64,000 nt of DNA from Planctomycetota bacterium (GTDB taxonomy: Bacteria; Planctomycetota; UBA1135; UBA2386), in assembly GCA_965223545.1 (NCBI GenBank), contig OZ245006.1, positions 4,576,001 through 4,640,000 of the forward strand, in the 5' to 3' direction. The notes below the pieces were generated by a model, which saw nothing but the letters and a program-made list of their open reading frames with translations, had not been told where the DNA came from and made no database searches. A program made the position numbers and the translations under genes. Positions 19,191 through 27,603 of this stretch are shown here, in pieces (within the stretch, counting starts at the first letter, position 1; every line of letters starts with the position of its first letter).

Positions 19191-20153
19191 ATGCGTCAGT
19201 TGATTGCCGTGCACGGAATCGGGTCCCATCAGCCCGACTTTCACAGCTCTTGGGAAGCGCGATTGCGCGCGCAGCTGCCCGACCTCGACTTCGAGGTCCG
19301 CGGCCTGTTTTGGGCCGACCTGAAGCAGCGCATCGTCGACCGCTATCCCATTGTCAGCCCACGGTTGGCGTCCGCGTTGGACCGCATCGGTATCGGCGCT
19401 GCCGACGAATTCCGCAAGAGCGACGCCTATCAGGTGATGCGCGAGACTCTTCTGGACGTGTTCGCCTATTCGCTGTTGCACGACATGCGCCACATGCTGC
19501 AGACCGACGTGCTGCTGCGGTTGATGGAGCTGACGCGCGGTGACGGGGGCGAGAGCATCATCGTCGCGCACTCGCTCGGCGCCGCGCTGATGGTGCACGT
19601 CGCCGCCCTGCAGCGACGCGTCGACGGGCGGGTTCCGCATGGGGGACTGGTGCTCCTGGCACCGCCGCTCGGCATTCGCTCGCCGGTCTCTGCGATTCCC
19701 GATCCTCTCGCAGTGACCCCCGACAGTGCTCGGCCGACCGGCCTCGCTGGGGGGTTGGAGCAACACTTGGCGCACGAGCGGCTCGATTGGGTCGAAGGCC
19801 GTAGCTACGACGACGAGCTGAGCGAGGACCAGCGCCACGCGATCCTCGAGCAGGTCGCCCAGGATTGGATCGCGGTCGGCCGGCGCGCACTGCACTTCTG
19901 CGTCAATCGCAACGACATGGTTTGCAGCGACGTCCGGTTCGAGCTCCTGGATCGGCGCCGCGACGTGGTGCCGATCAAACAGGGATTCGATGCCGACGAG
20001 GTCGCGATCTTGAACGCCGTGGCCAACTACCACGAGTTCGAGTTCGGTGCACCAAAGGTCGATCAGGTGAGTGAGAATCACGACGTGCTGACTTACCTCG
20101 AGCAGCCGGCGGTGACCGGGGTGCTGCGCGCTTTGATCGAGGAGGGCGCATGA
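19191..20153 (+). CDS. Alpha/beta hydrolase-fold protein
   Basis: VHGIG oxyanion region, AHSLG nucleophile elbow, candidate Asp (NRNDMV) and His (NHDVLTYL). Confidence 0.72.
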   Translation: MRQLIAVHGIGSHQPDFHSSWEARLRAQLPDLDFEVRGLFWADLKQRIVDRYPIVSPRLASALDRIGIGAADEFRKSDAYQVMRETLLDVFAYSLLHDMRHMLQTDVLLRLMELTRGDGGESIIVAHSLGAALMVHVAALQRRVDGRVPHGGLVLLAPPLGIRSPVSAIPDPLAVTPDSARPTGLAGGLEQHLAHERLDWVEGRSYDDELSEDQRHAILEQVAQDWIAVGRRALHFCVNRNDMVCSDVRFELLDRRRDVVPIKQGFDADEVAILNAVANYHEFEFGAPKVDQVSENHDVLTYLEQPAVTGVLRALIEEGA

Positions 20154-21163
20154 GGACGCTCGGTTTCTCCGGCGCCGGCTTGCTGATCGCGACGCTCCTC
20201 GCCGGCTGCAGCGCGTGGCCGCGCGAAGTGGCGCCGGAGACCCGCGCGGCGGTGACCCGGCCGGTGCGCGACGTCCTCGCACCGTATCTTGATGGTCTGC
20301 GGCAGTTGGTGGCAGCGCTGCCCGACCCAGCGAATGGCGACGATCCGGGCGATCGGCTGGCGCTGGTCGCAGCGCGCGCGCGCGGCAATGCCCTGGTGCG
20401 CGATGCCGAGGCCGCCCGGCGACTCCTGGCCGCTGGCGAGCCCACCCTCGGGGTCATCGAGTCGCTGAAAAACCACCGTGCCCAACACCTCGCGCCGCCC
20501 TGGCGCGTCCTCGAGCTCGCGGAGGACCAGCGCAATGCCGGGGCGGCGTTCGGCGCGCGCTTCACTCAGCCGGAGCGGAAGCTCTGGGAGGCGGCCGGCG
20601 GCCCGGGTGATCTGCTTGGTGACGAGCTGTTGGTGCCGTACCTCGAGCGCCGGTCGGCACTGTTCGACCGCAAGTACTTCCACGACCCCGACGACCAGGG
20701 CGGCAACTTCATCGAGGGCTGGCTCAACAGTCGTCTGGCGTGGTTTCGCTCGGCGCAGATCGGTGACCCGGGTTGGGAAGCCAGCGCCGGCGTGTCGCCG
20801 TGGGAGGGGATCGCGCGGCTGGAGCCGATCGGCAGCCTCGATGGGCAGGGATCGCTCGGCATGATGGCCGCGCTCGGCACGACGTATCACTTCTTTCCTG
20901 CTGCGGGCGCCACCGAGTCCGGCGCACCGCGGGCGGAGGAGGGTGGCCTGTTGGCCGACTGGCTGCAGCGCGCCGGCCTGCGCGCCGGCGTCGGCGTCTC
21001 CGAGCGCGACGGCGAGACCGTCGATCTGCTGTTGGGCGCCGGCGTGCAGCTGCGGTCGTTGACGGTGTGGGGGCTTTGGAATCCCGAGGAGGACGAGTTT
21101 TCGGTCGGCTTCGGCGCGGCGGACTTCCGCTGGGTCACGGAGGCGTTGACCGTCTTCGAGTGA
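20150..21163 (+). CDS. Hypothetical lipoprotein with beta-strand-rich C-terminus
   Basis: Lipobox LLAG-C; ATGA overlap with the hydrolase; GGAGG RBS. Confidence 0.75.
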   Translation: MRTLGFSGAGLLIATLLAGCSAWPREVAPETRAAVTRPVRDVLAPYLDGLRQLVAALPDPANGDDPGDRLALVAARARGNALVRDAEAARRLLAAGEPTLGVIESLKNHRAQHLAPPWRVLELAEDQRNAGAAFGARFTQPERKLWEAAGGPGDLLGDELLVPYLERRSALFDRKYFHDPDDQGGNFIEGWLNSRLAWFRSAQIGDPGWEASAGVSPWEGIARLEPIGSLDGQGSLGMMAALGTTYHFFPAAGATESGAPRAEEGGLLADWLQRAGLRAGVGVSERDGETVDLLLGAGVQLRSLTVWGLWNPEEDEFSVGFGAADFRWVTEALTVFE

Positions 21164-21188
21164 TGCCGCGTCGCGTGCGGACGTGTCG

Positions 21189-22886
21189 TCAGGGTTGCTG
21201 CACCAGGATCGAGCCTAGATTGCGCCGGTCGCCATCGGCATCCTGCGCGACCAGCGTGTAGCGACCCTGCAGGAGCTCGAGCTCGGTTGCACCACCCTCA
21301 CGCAACACGCGCCGTGCGACGCGTTGGTCCCCGTCGAACACGCTGACCACGCTTCCCGGGGCCAGACCGAAGGCGCCCAAGTCGACGATCCCGTACTGAC
21401 CGCTCACCTTGTCGGACGCGATCTCGAGTCGAGCCGAGTCCACGGTCCGGGTCGCGATCCACTGGGTCGACACCCGTCCCGCACCCGAGCGTCGCCGGTC
21501 GGCGATCCGCACCTCGCCCTCCAGAGCATCCAGCGAGAACACGAAGACACCTCGGTGGTCCGTGCGGCCGCGTTGGCGCTTGCTGCCCGCGCTCCACGTG
21601 ACCAGCGCCCCTCGCCAGGCTTGACCCCTTGCGTCGCGCACGCTGCCGGTCACCTCCACGCCCTTTGCTCGCAGATCCACGCAGAGCCTTTGCTCGCCCT
21701 CTGCAACGGCCACCGCCATCGTCGTCGTGACTCCGTCGTGCCGCGACACGACCGCTGTCCATTGTCCTGCGCCGATGCCGTGATACTCCGTGTGGCGTTC
21801 TCCGCGCTCCGCGGGTCTCGTGGTGCGCGCCCATGATGGTGGGGAGGATCCCATGACCCCGTCCGCGATCAAGTCGATGCTGCGGACGTCGTCTTCATGC
21901 TCGAACCGGACGGTGGCCCCCTTGGCGAGACGCGCGATGAGCGCGTCTTGCTCCGCGGCCACGTGCGCCATGTGGGTGGCGTATCCCTCCGCGCGGACCC
22001 AGACCGGGACCGGTCCCGCTGGCATGCCGGCGAACGTGAACCGACCATCCTCGGCGGTGCGGGTCTCGGCGGTGCGGGTGAACGCGCGGGAGCCGGGCTC
22101 TCGAGTGTTGTGCCCCGCGAAGAGCCTGGCGTTCGCCAGCGGTGTGTTGTGGTCTCCGATGACGAGGCCGCGGATCGTGCGGCCTCCGGGTTGGCACTGC
22201 AGTGTGACTCGCTGTACGCCTTCTCGCACGCGCACCCGGAGCGAGTTGAGGTGGTCGCGCGCGCTGGCCCACAGCCAGACGCCATCACGAACGAAGGTCC
22301 GCAGGACACCATCGGCTTGCGTGCGGCCAACCCGCAGCTCGGGCTCGATCTCGCCCGGCTCGCCGCCGCACAGCACTCGGGCACCCGCGAGCGGCGAGCC
22401 GTTGGCGCCGAGCACCACCACCTCCCGCGCCGTGCGGAAGGGCACTTCGATCTCGACCTCGGATCGGATGCCGTCGCGAACGTCGACCTCGACCGCCGGG
22501 GCCGAACACACCCATACGATGTAGCCGCCCGGTGCTGGCCGCAGTTCGGCCACCCCCTTCGGGTTCGTGGTCTCGGTCACGATCACCGCGAACGGAGACT
22601 TCTCGCTCGCGAGACTGACCACGGCCTCTGGCAGGCGTTGCCCGAGGGAGCTTCTGACGCGGACCAGCAGCTCTTCTTCTTCCGAGCCGGTGCGGCTGGA
22701 CAGGAGGCGTCGGCGATCGGAGGCATTGGCGGAGTGGCCGTGCAGTCTGCCCTCAGCCGCTCGCGTGGTGCCATTGCCGAGCGCGAGAGAGTCGCTGGGG
22801 GCGGGCGAGAGGGTGGCCACTGCCAAGAAGCCCAGCAAGAGCAGCGCGCATGCGCCGAGCCCGGCGAACACCATCGCCGTGCGCAT
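21189..22886 (-). CDS. Membrane-anchored carboxypeptidase-regulatory-like domain protein
   Basis: N-terminal TM (MRTAMVFAGLGACALLLLG); repeats G.PLAGARV, TAEDGRFTF, TDHRGVF. Confidence 0.75.
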   Translation of the reverse strand: MRTAMVFAGLGACALLLLGFLAVATLSPAPSDSLALGNGTTRAAEGRLHGHSANASDRRRLLSSRTGSEEEELLVRVRSSLGQRLPEAVVSLASEKSPFAVIVTETTNPKGVAELRPAPGGYIVWVCSAPAVEVDVRDGIRSEVEIEVPFRTAREVVVLGANGSPLAGARVLCGGEPGEIEPELRVGRTQADGVLRTFVRDGVWLWASARDHLNSLRVRVREGVQRVTLQCQPGGRTIRGLVIGDHNTPLANARLFAGHNTREPGSRAFTRTAETRTAEDGRFTFAGMPAGPVPVWVRAEGYATHMAHVAAEQDALIARLAKGATVRFEHEDDVRSIDLIADGVMGSSPPSWARTTRPAERGERHTEYHGIGAGQWTAVVSRHDGVTTTMAVAVAEGEQRLCVDLRAKGVEVTGSVRDARGQAWRGALVTWSAGSKRQRGRTDHRGVFVFSLDALEGEVRIADRRRSGAGRVSTQWIATRTVDSARLEIASDKVSGQYGIVDLGAFGLAPGSVVSVFDGDQRVARRVLREGGATELELLQGRYTLVAQDADGDRRNLGSILVQQP

Positions 22887-23066
22887 CGTGTGACCACGCG
22901 CGTCGGGCGCGCTGCTCATCGAGTCCGTCGCATCTCGCTCCGGACACGTTATAGCAGCACCAGCTGGTTCCACCCAGCGATGGCCGTGCCGCTCGCCGTG
23001 CCGAGTGCCGTGGTCGACCCATCGGGGTTGACCACTTCGAACCCGCCGGCGCCGGGTCCTCGCTGA

Positions 23067-23235
23067 GCAAGAAACGTCCGCCAGCTGATTGCTGCGATCA
23101 AGGCCTACATCGACGAGCACAACGACGATCCGAAGCCGTTCGTGTGGCGGAAGACTGCCGAGCGGATCCTCGCAAAGGTCGGCCGAGCACGCGCGGCCCT
23201 GCATAGGTCCCCAACAGCGTGAATCACACCACTAG
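23067..23235 (+). mobile_element. IS630-family transposase C-terminal remnant with probable right end
   Basis: Manual translation NVRQLIAAIKAYIDEHNDDPKPFVWRKTAERILAKVGRAR..*; followed by ATCACACCACTAG. Confidence 0.8.
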
Positions 23236-23291
23236 CCTCTTGGGCTCGCCGGTCGTAAAGCTCGGTCGTCCGCGGTGGGCCGGCGATTCGA

Positions 23292-23678
23292 TCAGAACAT
23301 CCCGTTGTCGTGCGCGGCCTTGTCGGGAACCACCTGCAGGACGTCCCAGTGCTCTACGATCTTGCCGTCGTCGTCGAACCGGAAGATGTCCATCCCGGCA
23401 TAGTCGTGGTCGCCCGGCCATTTCTGGTGGCAGTGCAGGACGACCAGGTTTCCCTCCGCTACTGAGCGCTTGACCTCGGTGGTCTTACGCGGGTACTCCG
23501 CGGCCATTCGCTCGAAGTACTCGATGAACGCTTCCTTGCCATCCCCGACCTCGGGATTGTGCTGGATGTAGGTGTCGCCGACGTACTGCTCGATCGCTTC
23601 ACGCGGCTTGCACTGGTTGAACATCAGGTCGTAGAAGGCGATGGCGCTCTGCCTGTTCTGTTCGGCACGGTCGGTCAT
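23292..23678 (-). CDS. SnoaL-like/NTF2-family protein
   Basis: YIQHNP.V.DGKE.F, DIFRFDDDGKIVEHWDV. Confidence 0.9.
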   Translation of the reverse strand: MTDRAEQNRQSAIAFYDLMFNQCKPREAIEQYVGDTYIQHNPEVGDGKEAFIEYFERMAAEYPRKTTEVKRSVAEGNLVVLHCHQKWPGDHDYAGMDIFRFDDDGKIVEHWDVLQVVPDKAAHDNGMF

Positions 23679-23716
23679 GATCTCGTCTCCCTCGTCGGTC
23701 GTGGGCGGGCGAGATG

Positions 23717-24637
23717 TTATCCCCACTGGACTGCGCGCATCGACAACGAGCCGAGGTCGAACCCTTCGACAGGGAAGCTCACGGAGTCCTCCTCATCAGT
23801 CGCCGCGTAGGCGTAGAGCAGGGGGAACCAGTGGTCTGGCTGCGGATGCGCTTGGCGGGCGTGCTGCCCCTCGGGCCATGCCTTGACGAGGTGCGCGCTG
23901 TCGCGCTCTTGTAGCGCTTCTGCGACCTCGCGATCGAATTGCTCGGCCCAGGCCGGCGTCGTGGGATCTCCTCCAGAACCGCGCGACAGCGCGTCCCGTA
24001 GATTGTGGGTGATGTTGCCGCTACCTAGGATCAGCACCCCACCGCCGCGCAACTGATGGAACGATCGCGCGAGCTCGAAATGCTGGGTTGAGCTCAAACG
24101 GGCATCAAGGCTCAGCTGCACGACGGGCACCTCGGCTTCGGGGAACATGTGCCGGAGTACCGACCAGGAGCCATGGTCGAGACCCCAGTCGTCCTTTACA
24201 GCGGCGCCGCGCGCCGCGTTCATGGAGAGGATCGTCTTGACCCGGGCAGCCAGGTCCGGGCTTCCGGGCGCGGGGTACTGGACGTCGTAGAGCTCCTGGG
24301 GAAACCCTCCGAAATCGTGGATGGTGCGAGGCTGGCTTCCTCCTGTGATGAAGCTGCCCTCGGTCCACCAATGCGCCGAAACAGCCAGGATGGCGCTCGG
24401 GTGAGGGAGGTCCTTGCCGATGGCCTTGAACGCTTGACTCCACCGGTTGTCCTCGATCGCGTTCATGGGAGAGCCGTGCCCGAGGAAGAGTACTGGCATG
24501 CGTGTCTTAGCCTGGCCTGTCTTCTCCATCGTTGCCTCGGGGTCGTCTCGTCGGCGGCAGCCCAGAATGTGTGATGCTGCCGCCGTGAGCCCTGCGGCTC
24601 CCGCCGCCTTGAGCAGATCCCGGCGACCGAGTTCCAT
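23717..24637 (-). CDS. ygiD: 4,5-DOPA extradiol dioxygenase (LigB family) with Tat/lipoprotein-like N-terminus
   Basis: MPVLFLGHGSPMNA, SAHW, IHDFGGFP, GLDHG.W, GSGNITHNL, HP.PDH..PL. Confidence 0.92.
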   Translation of the reverse strand: MELGRRDLLKAAGAAGLTAAASHILGCRRRDDPEATMEKTGQAKTRMPVLFLGHGSPMNAIEDNRWSQAFKAIGKDLPHPSAILAVSAHWWTEGSFITGGSQPRTIHDFGGFPQELYDVQYPAPGSPDLAARVKTILSMNAARGAAVKDDWGLDHGSWSVLRHMFPEAEVPVVQLSLDARLSSTQHFELARSFHQLRGGGVLILGSGNITHNLRDALSRGSGGDPTTPAWAEQFDREVAEALQERDSAHLVKAWPEGQHARQAHPQPDHWFPLLYAYAATDEEDSVSFPVEGFDLGSLSMRAVQWG

Positions 24638-24641
24638 GCAC

Positions 24642-25031
24642 CTACTCCTTCCGGTAACGCATCATGGTCATGGTGTTGGGTTGGATCTTGGCCATGAAGT
24701 CGGCGGTCGCCGGTGCCGACGAGAAGCTTGCCATGGAGGCGTCAGCGTCCTTGGCTGATCGCCAGTGAACGATCACAAGCCACTGGCTGTGCTCGCCAGC
24801 GGCCGATTCTCGAGACACGAAGCCAGGCTGTTTGGCTACATGCTGAAGCTCGACAGCGCGATCGAGTGGCCGGAATTCTTCAGCCGTTACGCCAGGCTTC
24901 AGCTGAAACGTCACGACTTCGATGACCCCGGCACGCTGTGCTTTCGGAGACGCCGCACAGCCGAAGAGCATGCCGACGACGGCAAGGAGCAGGAGTGTTT
25001 GTGTCACCCGTCGGCCTGTTCCTGAATCCAT
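24642..25031 (-). CDS. Lipoprotein, ABM/dimeric alpha-beta barrel-like
   Basis: Lipobox LFG-C; EVVTFQLK, QPGFVSRE, W.VIVHW.S. Confidence 0.72.
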   Translation of the reverse strand: MDSGTGRRVTQTLLLLAVVGMLFGCAASPKAQRAGVIEVVTFQLKPGVTAEEFRPLDRAVELQHVAKQPGFVSRESAAGEHSQWLVIVHWRSAKDADASMASFSSAPATADFMAKIQPNTMTMMRYRKE

Positions 25032-25050
25032 TTTCGTCTCCCTTCTGGCC

Positions 25051-25902
25051 TTAGAATTTGCCGTTCGTGTTTTTCCACTCGGACTGGGGTGGGATCGTCT
25101 CGATCACATCCCAGTGCTCGACGATCTTGCCTCCCTCGATCCGGAAGAGGTCGTAGAACGCCGAGTGCTCACCTTTGCCGAACTGGCCCTCACTCATGGT
25201 GAGGACGAAGCTGCCTTGCCCCAAGACGCGGTGCAAGCGGTCGTACTTCATGATGAGACCGTTGTCGGCGAAGTACTTGAGAGCCGCGCCCAGTCCATCA
25301 AGGCCATCCGCGATGCCGGGGTTGTGCTGGTGGTACTTGTCGGGGTTGATGTAGGCGGTGAGCTCGCTGGTGTCCCCGCCCATGAGAACGGTCTCGACGA
25401 AGGAGCGCACGAGTTCCTTGTTCGCCTCGGTCTTGTCGAGGTCCAGAGCCTCGGTCGGCCCGTCCAGCTGGGTCCTGCCGCTCGGGTTCGGCGGCTGAAT
25501 CTCAGCGAGGTTGTCCCAGTGCTCGACGATCTTCCCGTCCTCGAAGCGGAAGACGTCGAAGCCGACTTTGGGGCCGAAGAAGTCGTACTCGGTGTGAGTG
25601 AAGGCGAAGTCGACGTCTTCGAACGCTCGAATGACCTTGGCCTTGAACCCGCCAGGGGGCGCCGCTTGCACGACCGCAGCGAAGCCTTCCAGGCCATCTC
25701 CAATGGCCAGGTTGTGCTGGATGTACTTGTCCGCGTTGATGTAGGAGATGGGCTCTTGATCGCCGGTCTCTAGAGATGTCAGTAGGGCAGCGGCTTTGTC
25801 TTTTTGCGAGGGCATGTGGGGTCCTCCTTGTTGTGTCGTCGAGCAGCCGACCAGCGTGGCAAGGACGCCGACGAGCACACTCGTCTCGATTCTTAGCTTC
25901 AT
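25051..25902 (-). CDS. Tandem SnoaL-like (two NTF2 domains) lipoprotein
   Basis: Lipobox LVG-C; two copies of Y.QHN..I.DG / D.FR.E.GKIVEHWD. Confidence 0.88.
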   Translation of the reverse strand: MKLRIETSVLVGVLATLVGCSTTQQGGPHMPSQKDKAAALLTSLETGDQEPISYINADKYIQHNLAIGDGLEGFAAVVQAAPPGGFKAKVIRAFEDVDFAFTHTEYDFFGPKVGFDVFRFEDGKIVEHWDNLAEIQPPNPSGRTQLDGPTEALDLDKTEANKELVRSFVETVLMGGDTSELTAYINPDKYHQHNPGIADGLDGLGAALKYFADNGLIMKYDRLHRVLGQGSFVLTMSEGQFGKGEHSAFYDLFRIEGGKIVEHWDVIETIPPQSEWKNTNGKF

Positions 25903-26056
25903 GAGGGATAGAGCTTCGTCGAGCGCACCACCGCGAGAAGGTCGATCTACGACAAACGCTGGTCGAAACTGGACACAACTGGGCGCCGTGCGTGTGGCTC
26001 GCGTGTCTCGCGCGGGTCCTTCTAGTCCCGTAGCACGATTCGTAACGAGGAGTCAA

Positions 26057-27025
26057 TCAAGCGGATCCGCCCTGCGTTCGTCGGAAGGCCTCGGGAGGCG
26101 AACCAACGACGCGCTTGAAGAACTTCGCGAAGTTGGTGGGCTCCGAAAAGCCTAGTCCGTAGCCGATGGCTTCCACCGTGTCGGTGGTGGTGGCGAGCTG
26201 CCGCTTCGCCTCCAGGACCACGCGAAGGTCGATCATTCGCTTTGGTGACGTGTTTCGTGCTGCCCGGCACGCACGCGCCAGCGTACGTGGCGTAGTGCGT
26301 AGCTTGGACGCATACCACGCTTGCGTACGGGATGAGGCGTGTTGATCCTCGAGAAGGTGCTCGAACTCCAAAACGAGCGCCTCGTAGCGCAGCGCCGTCA
26401 GATCCCCGGTATCGCGGCGAGCTGTTACGACGTCGGCGAGACCCGCGAGGATGGTTCCAAGAACGTGAGGCCCTACGGTTCCTGGCCGCAATTCCGAGGC
26501 TTCGCTGTCGAGCACCTCCTGCAGGCGTAGGAGCTCGGTCAGAATCCTGAAGTCGCTCGCAGCCGGGTGCAGGACTGTGTTGGCCTGCCAGCGGGCGGGG
26601 TGCGGGATGTGGGCCTGCTCCAAAGCCCCAGGCGTGAAGAAGAGGATCAACGCCTCGTGGTCTGCGCCGGCGTCGAAAGAGTGCACCTGCTCAGGGCGAA
26701 CGTGTAGGACGTCGCCGGGGCTCAGCGCGATACGCTCGAAGTCGACGTAGTGGGCTCCATTGCCGGCGACCACGAACTGGACCAAGTGAAAGGCCAATCG
26801 CGTCGGGTCGTACATGGAGTGATCCATCTCGCGCGCGCGCAGATTCGACAACCGCACGACATCGACCGGGCTCGAGCGCCCGGTCGAGTGGCTGAAGGTA
26901 AGCCTCTGGATGCGATCGTTCCGGCCTCTCTGGTCTTCCCGACGTGGCCTGACGACTGGGCACCGCGCCTCATTGGAGCGGGCAGTGGGTTCCCGGGTCG
27001 GGTTGCGCGATCGGTCGAGCTGCAT
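26057..27025 (-). CDS. AraC-family transcriptional regulator (true start probably further downstream)
   Basis: Cupin-like N-domain (PEQVHSF); HTH with EAKRQL...IGYGLGFSEPTNFAKFFKR..G.PP. Confidence 0.9.
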   Translation of the reverse strand: MQLDRSRNPTREPTARSNEARCPVVRPRREDQRGRNDRIQRLTFSHSTGRSSPVDVVRLSNLRAREMDHSMYDPTRLAFHLVQFVVAGNGAHYVDFERIALSPGDVLHVRPEQVHSFDAGADHEALILFFTPGALEQAHIPHPARWQANTVLHPAASDFRILTELLRLQEVLDSEASELRPGTVGPHVLGTILAGLADVVTARRDTGDLTALRYEALVLEFEHLLEDQHASSRTQAWYASKLRTTPRTLARACRAARNTSPKRMIDLRVVLEAKRQLATTTDTVEAIGYGLGFSEPTNFAKFFKRVVGSPPEAFRRTQGGSA

Positions 27026-27031
27026 CGAGTG

Positions 27032-27424
27032 ATGCGTCCTACGTTATCAAGAGTTCAGCGACCGGTGGGGGAACCAGGACCGGATTACCTCCGGCGGTTG
27101 CCGCTGCTCGCGCACGAGCTCGCAGCGCTCTACTTGATCGGCTCCTTCGCGTACCTCCAGGGTCGAGCCGGGCCCCGACCTTGGAAGGGCACCGGCGTCG
27201 ACGAAGATCGGTTCGAGCAGTTCGCCTGTATCCGCAACGCGCTCACAGACAACAAGGGCGACATCTCACAAGACCATGACGACTCGTGCCTGGGCAGGCT
27301 GCGTGACATCGCTGCGATCCCAGGGGTGAGCGTCAACGGGACTGTTGTCTCGCTGGACCTCGACTTCACCGAGCAGGTGCGGCAGTCATTCCCTCGGTTG
27401 TCGAAGCACTTGCGACACTGGTAG
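27032..27424 (+). pseudogene. Possible degenerate HEPN-like protein fragment
   Basis: Helical segment then IRNALTDNKG, resembling the Rx4H motif R-N-x3-H-N-x-G with His replaced by Asp. Confidence 0.3.
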
Positions 27425-27603
27425 CGGAGGCACGATGACCCAGACACCGAAGACCCCCGAGCAGGGTCCAGTCCCACCGAGATCCGCGCCACGAAGCTCG
27501 CCTGGAGGTCGACTGCGCCGTCTCGTGCGTGTCCCAGACCTCGACCGAATTCTCCGGCGTGTTGCGGTTGAGCAGGAACTGTCGGCGGTGGATCTACCGC
27601 CGG

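Noticed and set aside
26022..26056. CTAGTCCCGTAGCACGATTCGTAAC as a possible IS end pairing with 23235
   Set aside because: Only CTAGT matches the IS630 end, and no transposase is adjacent
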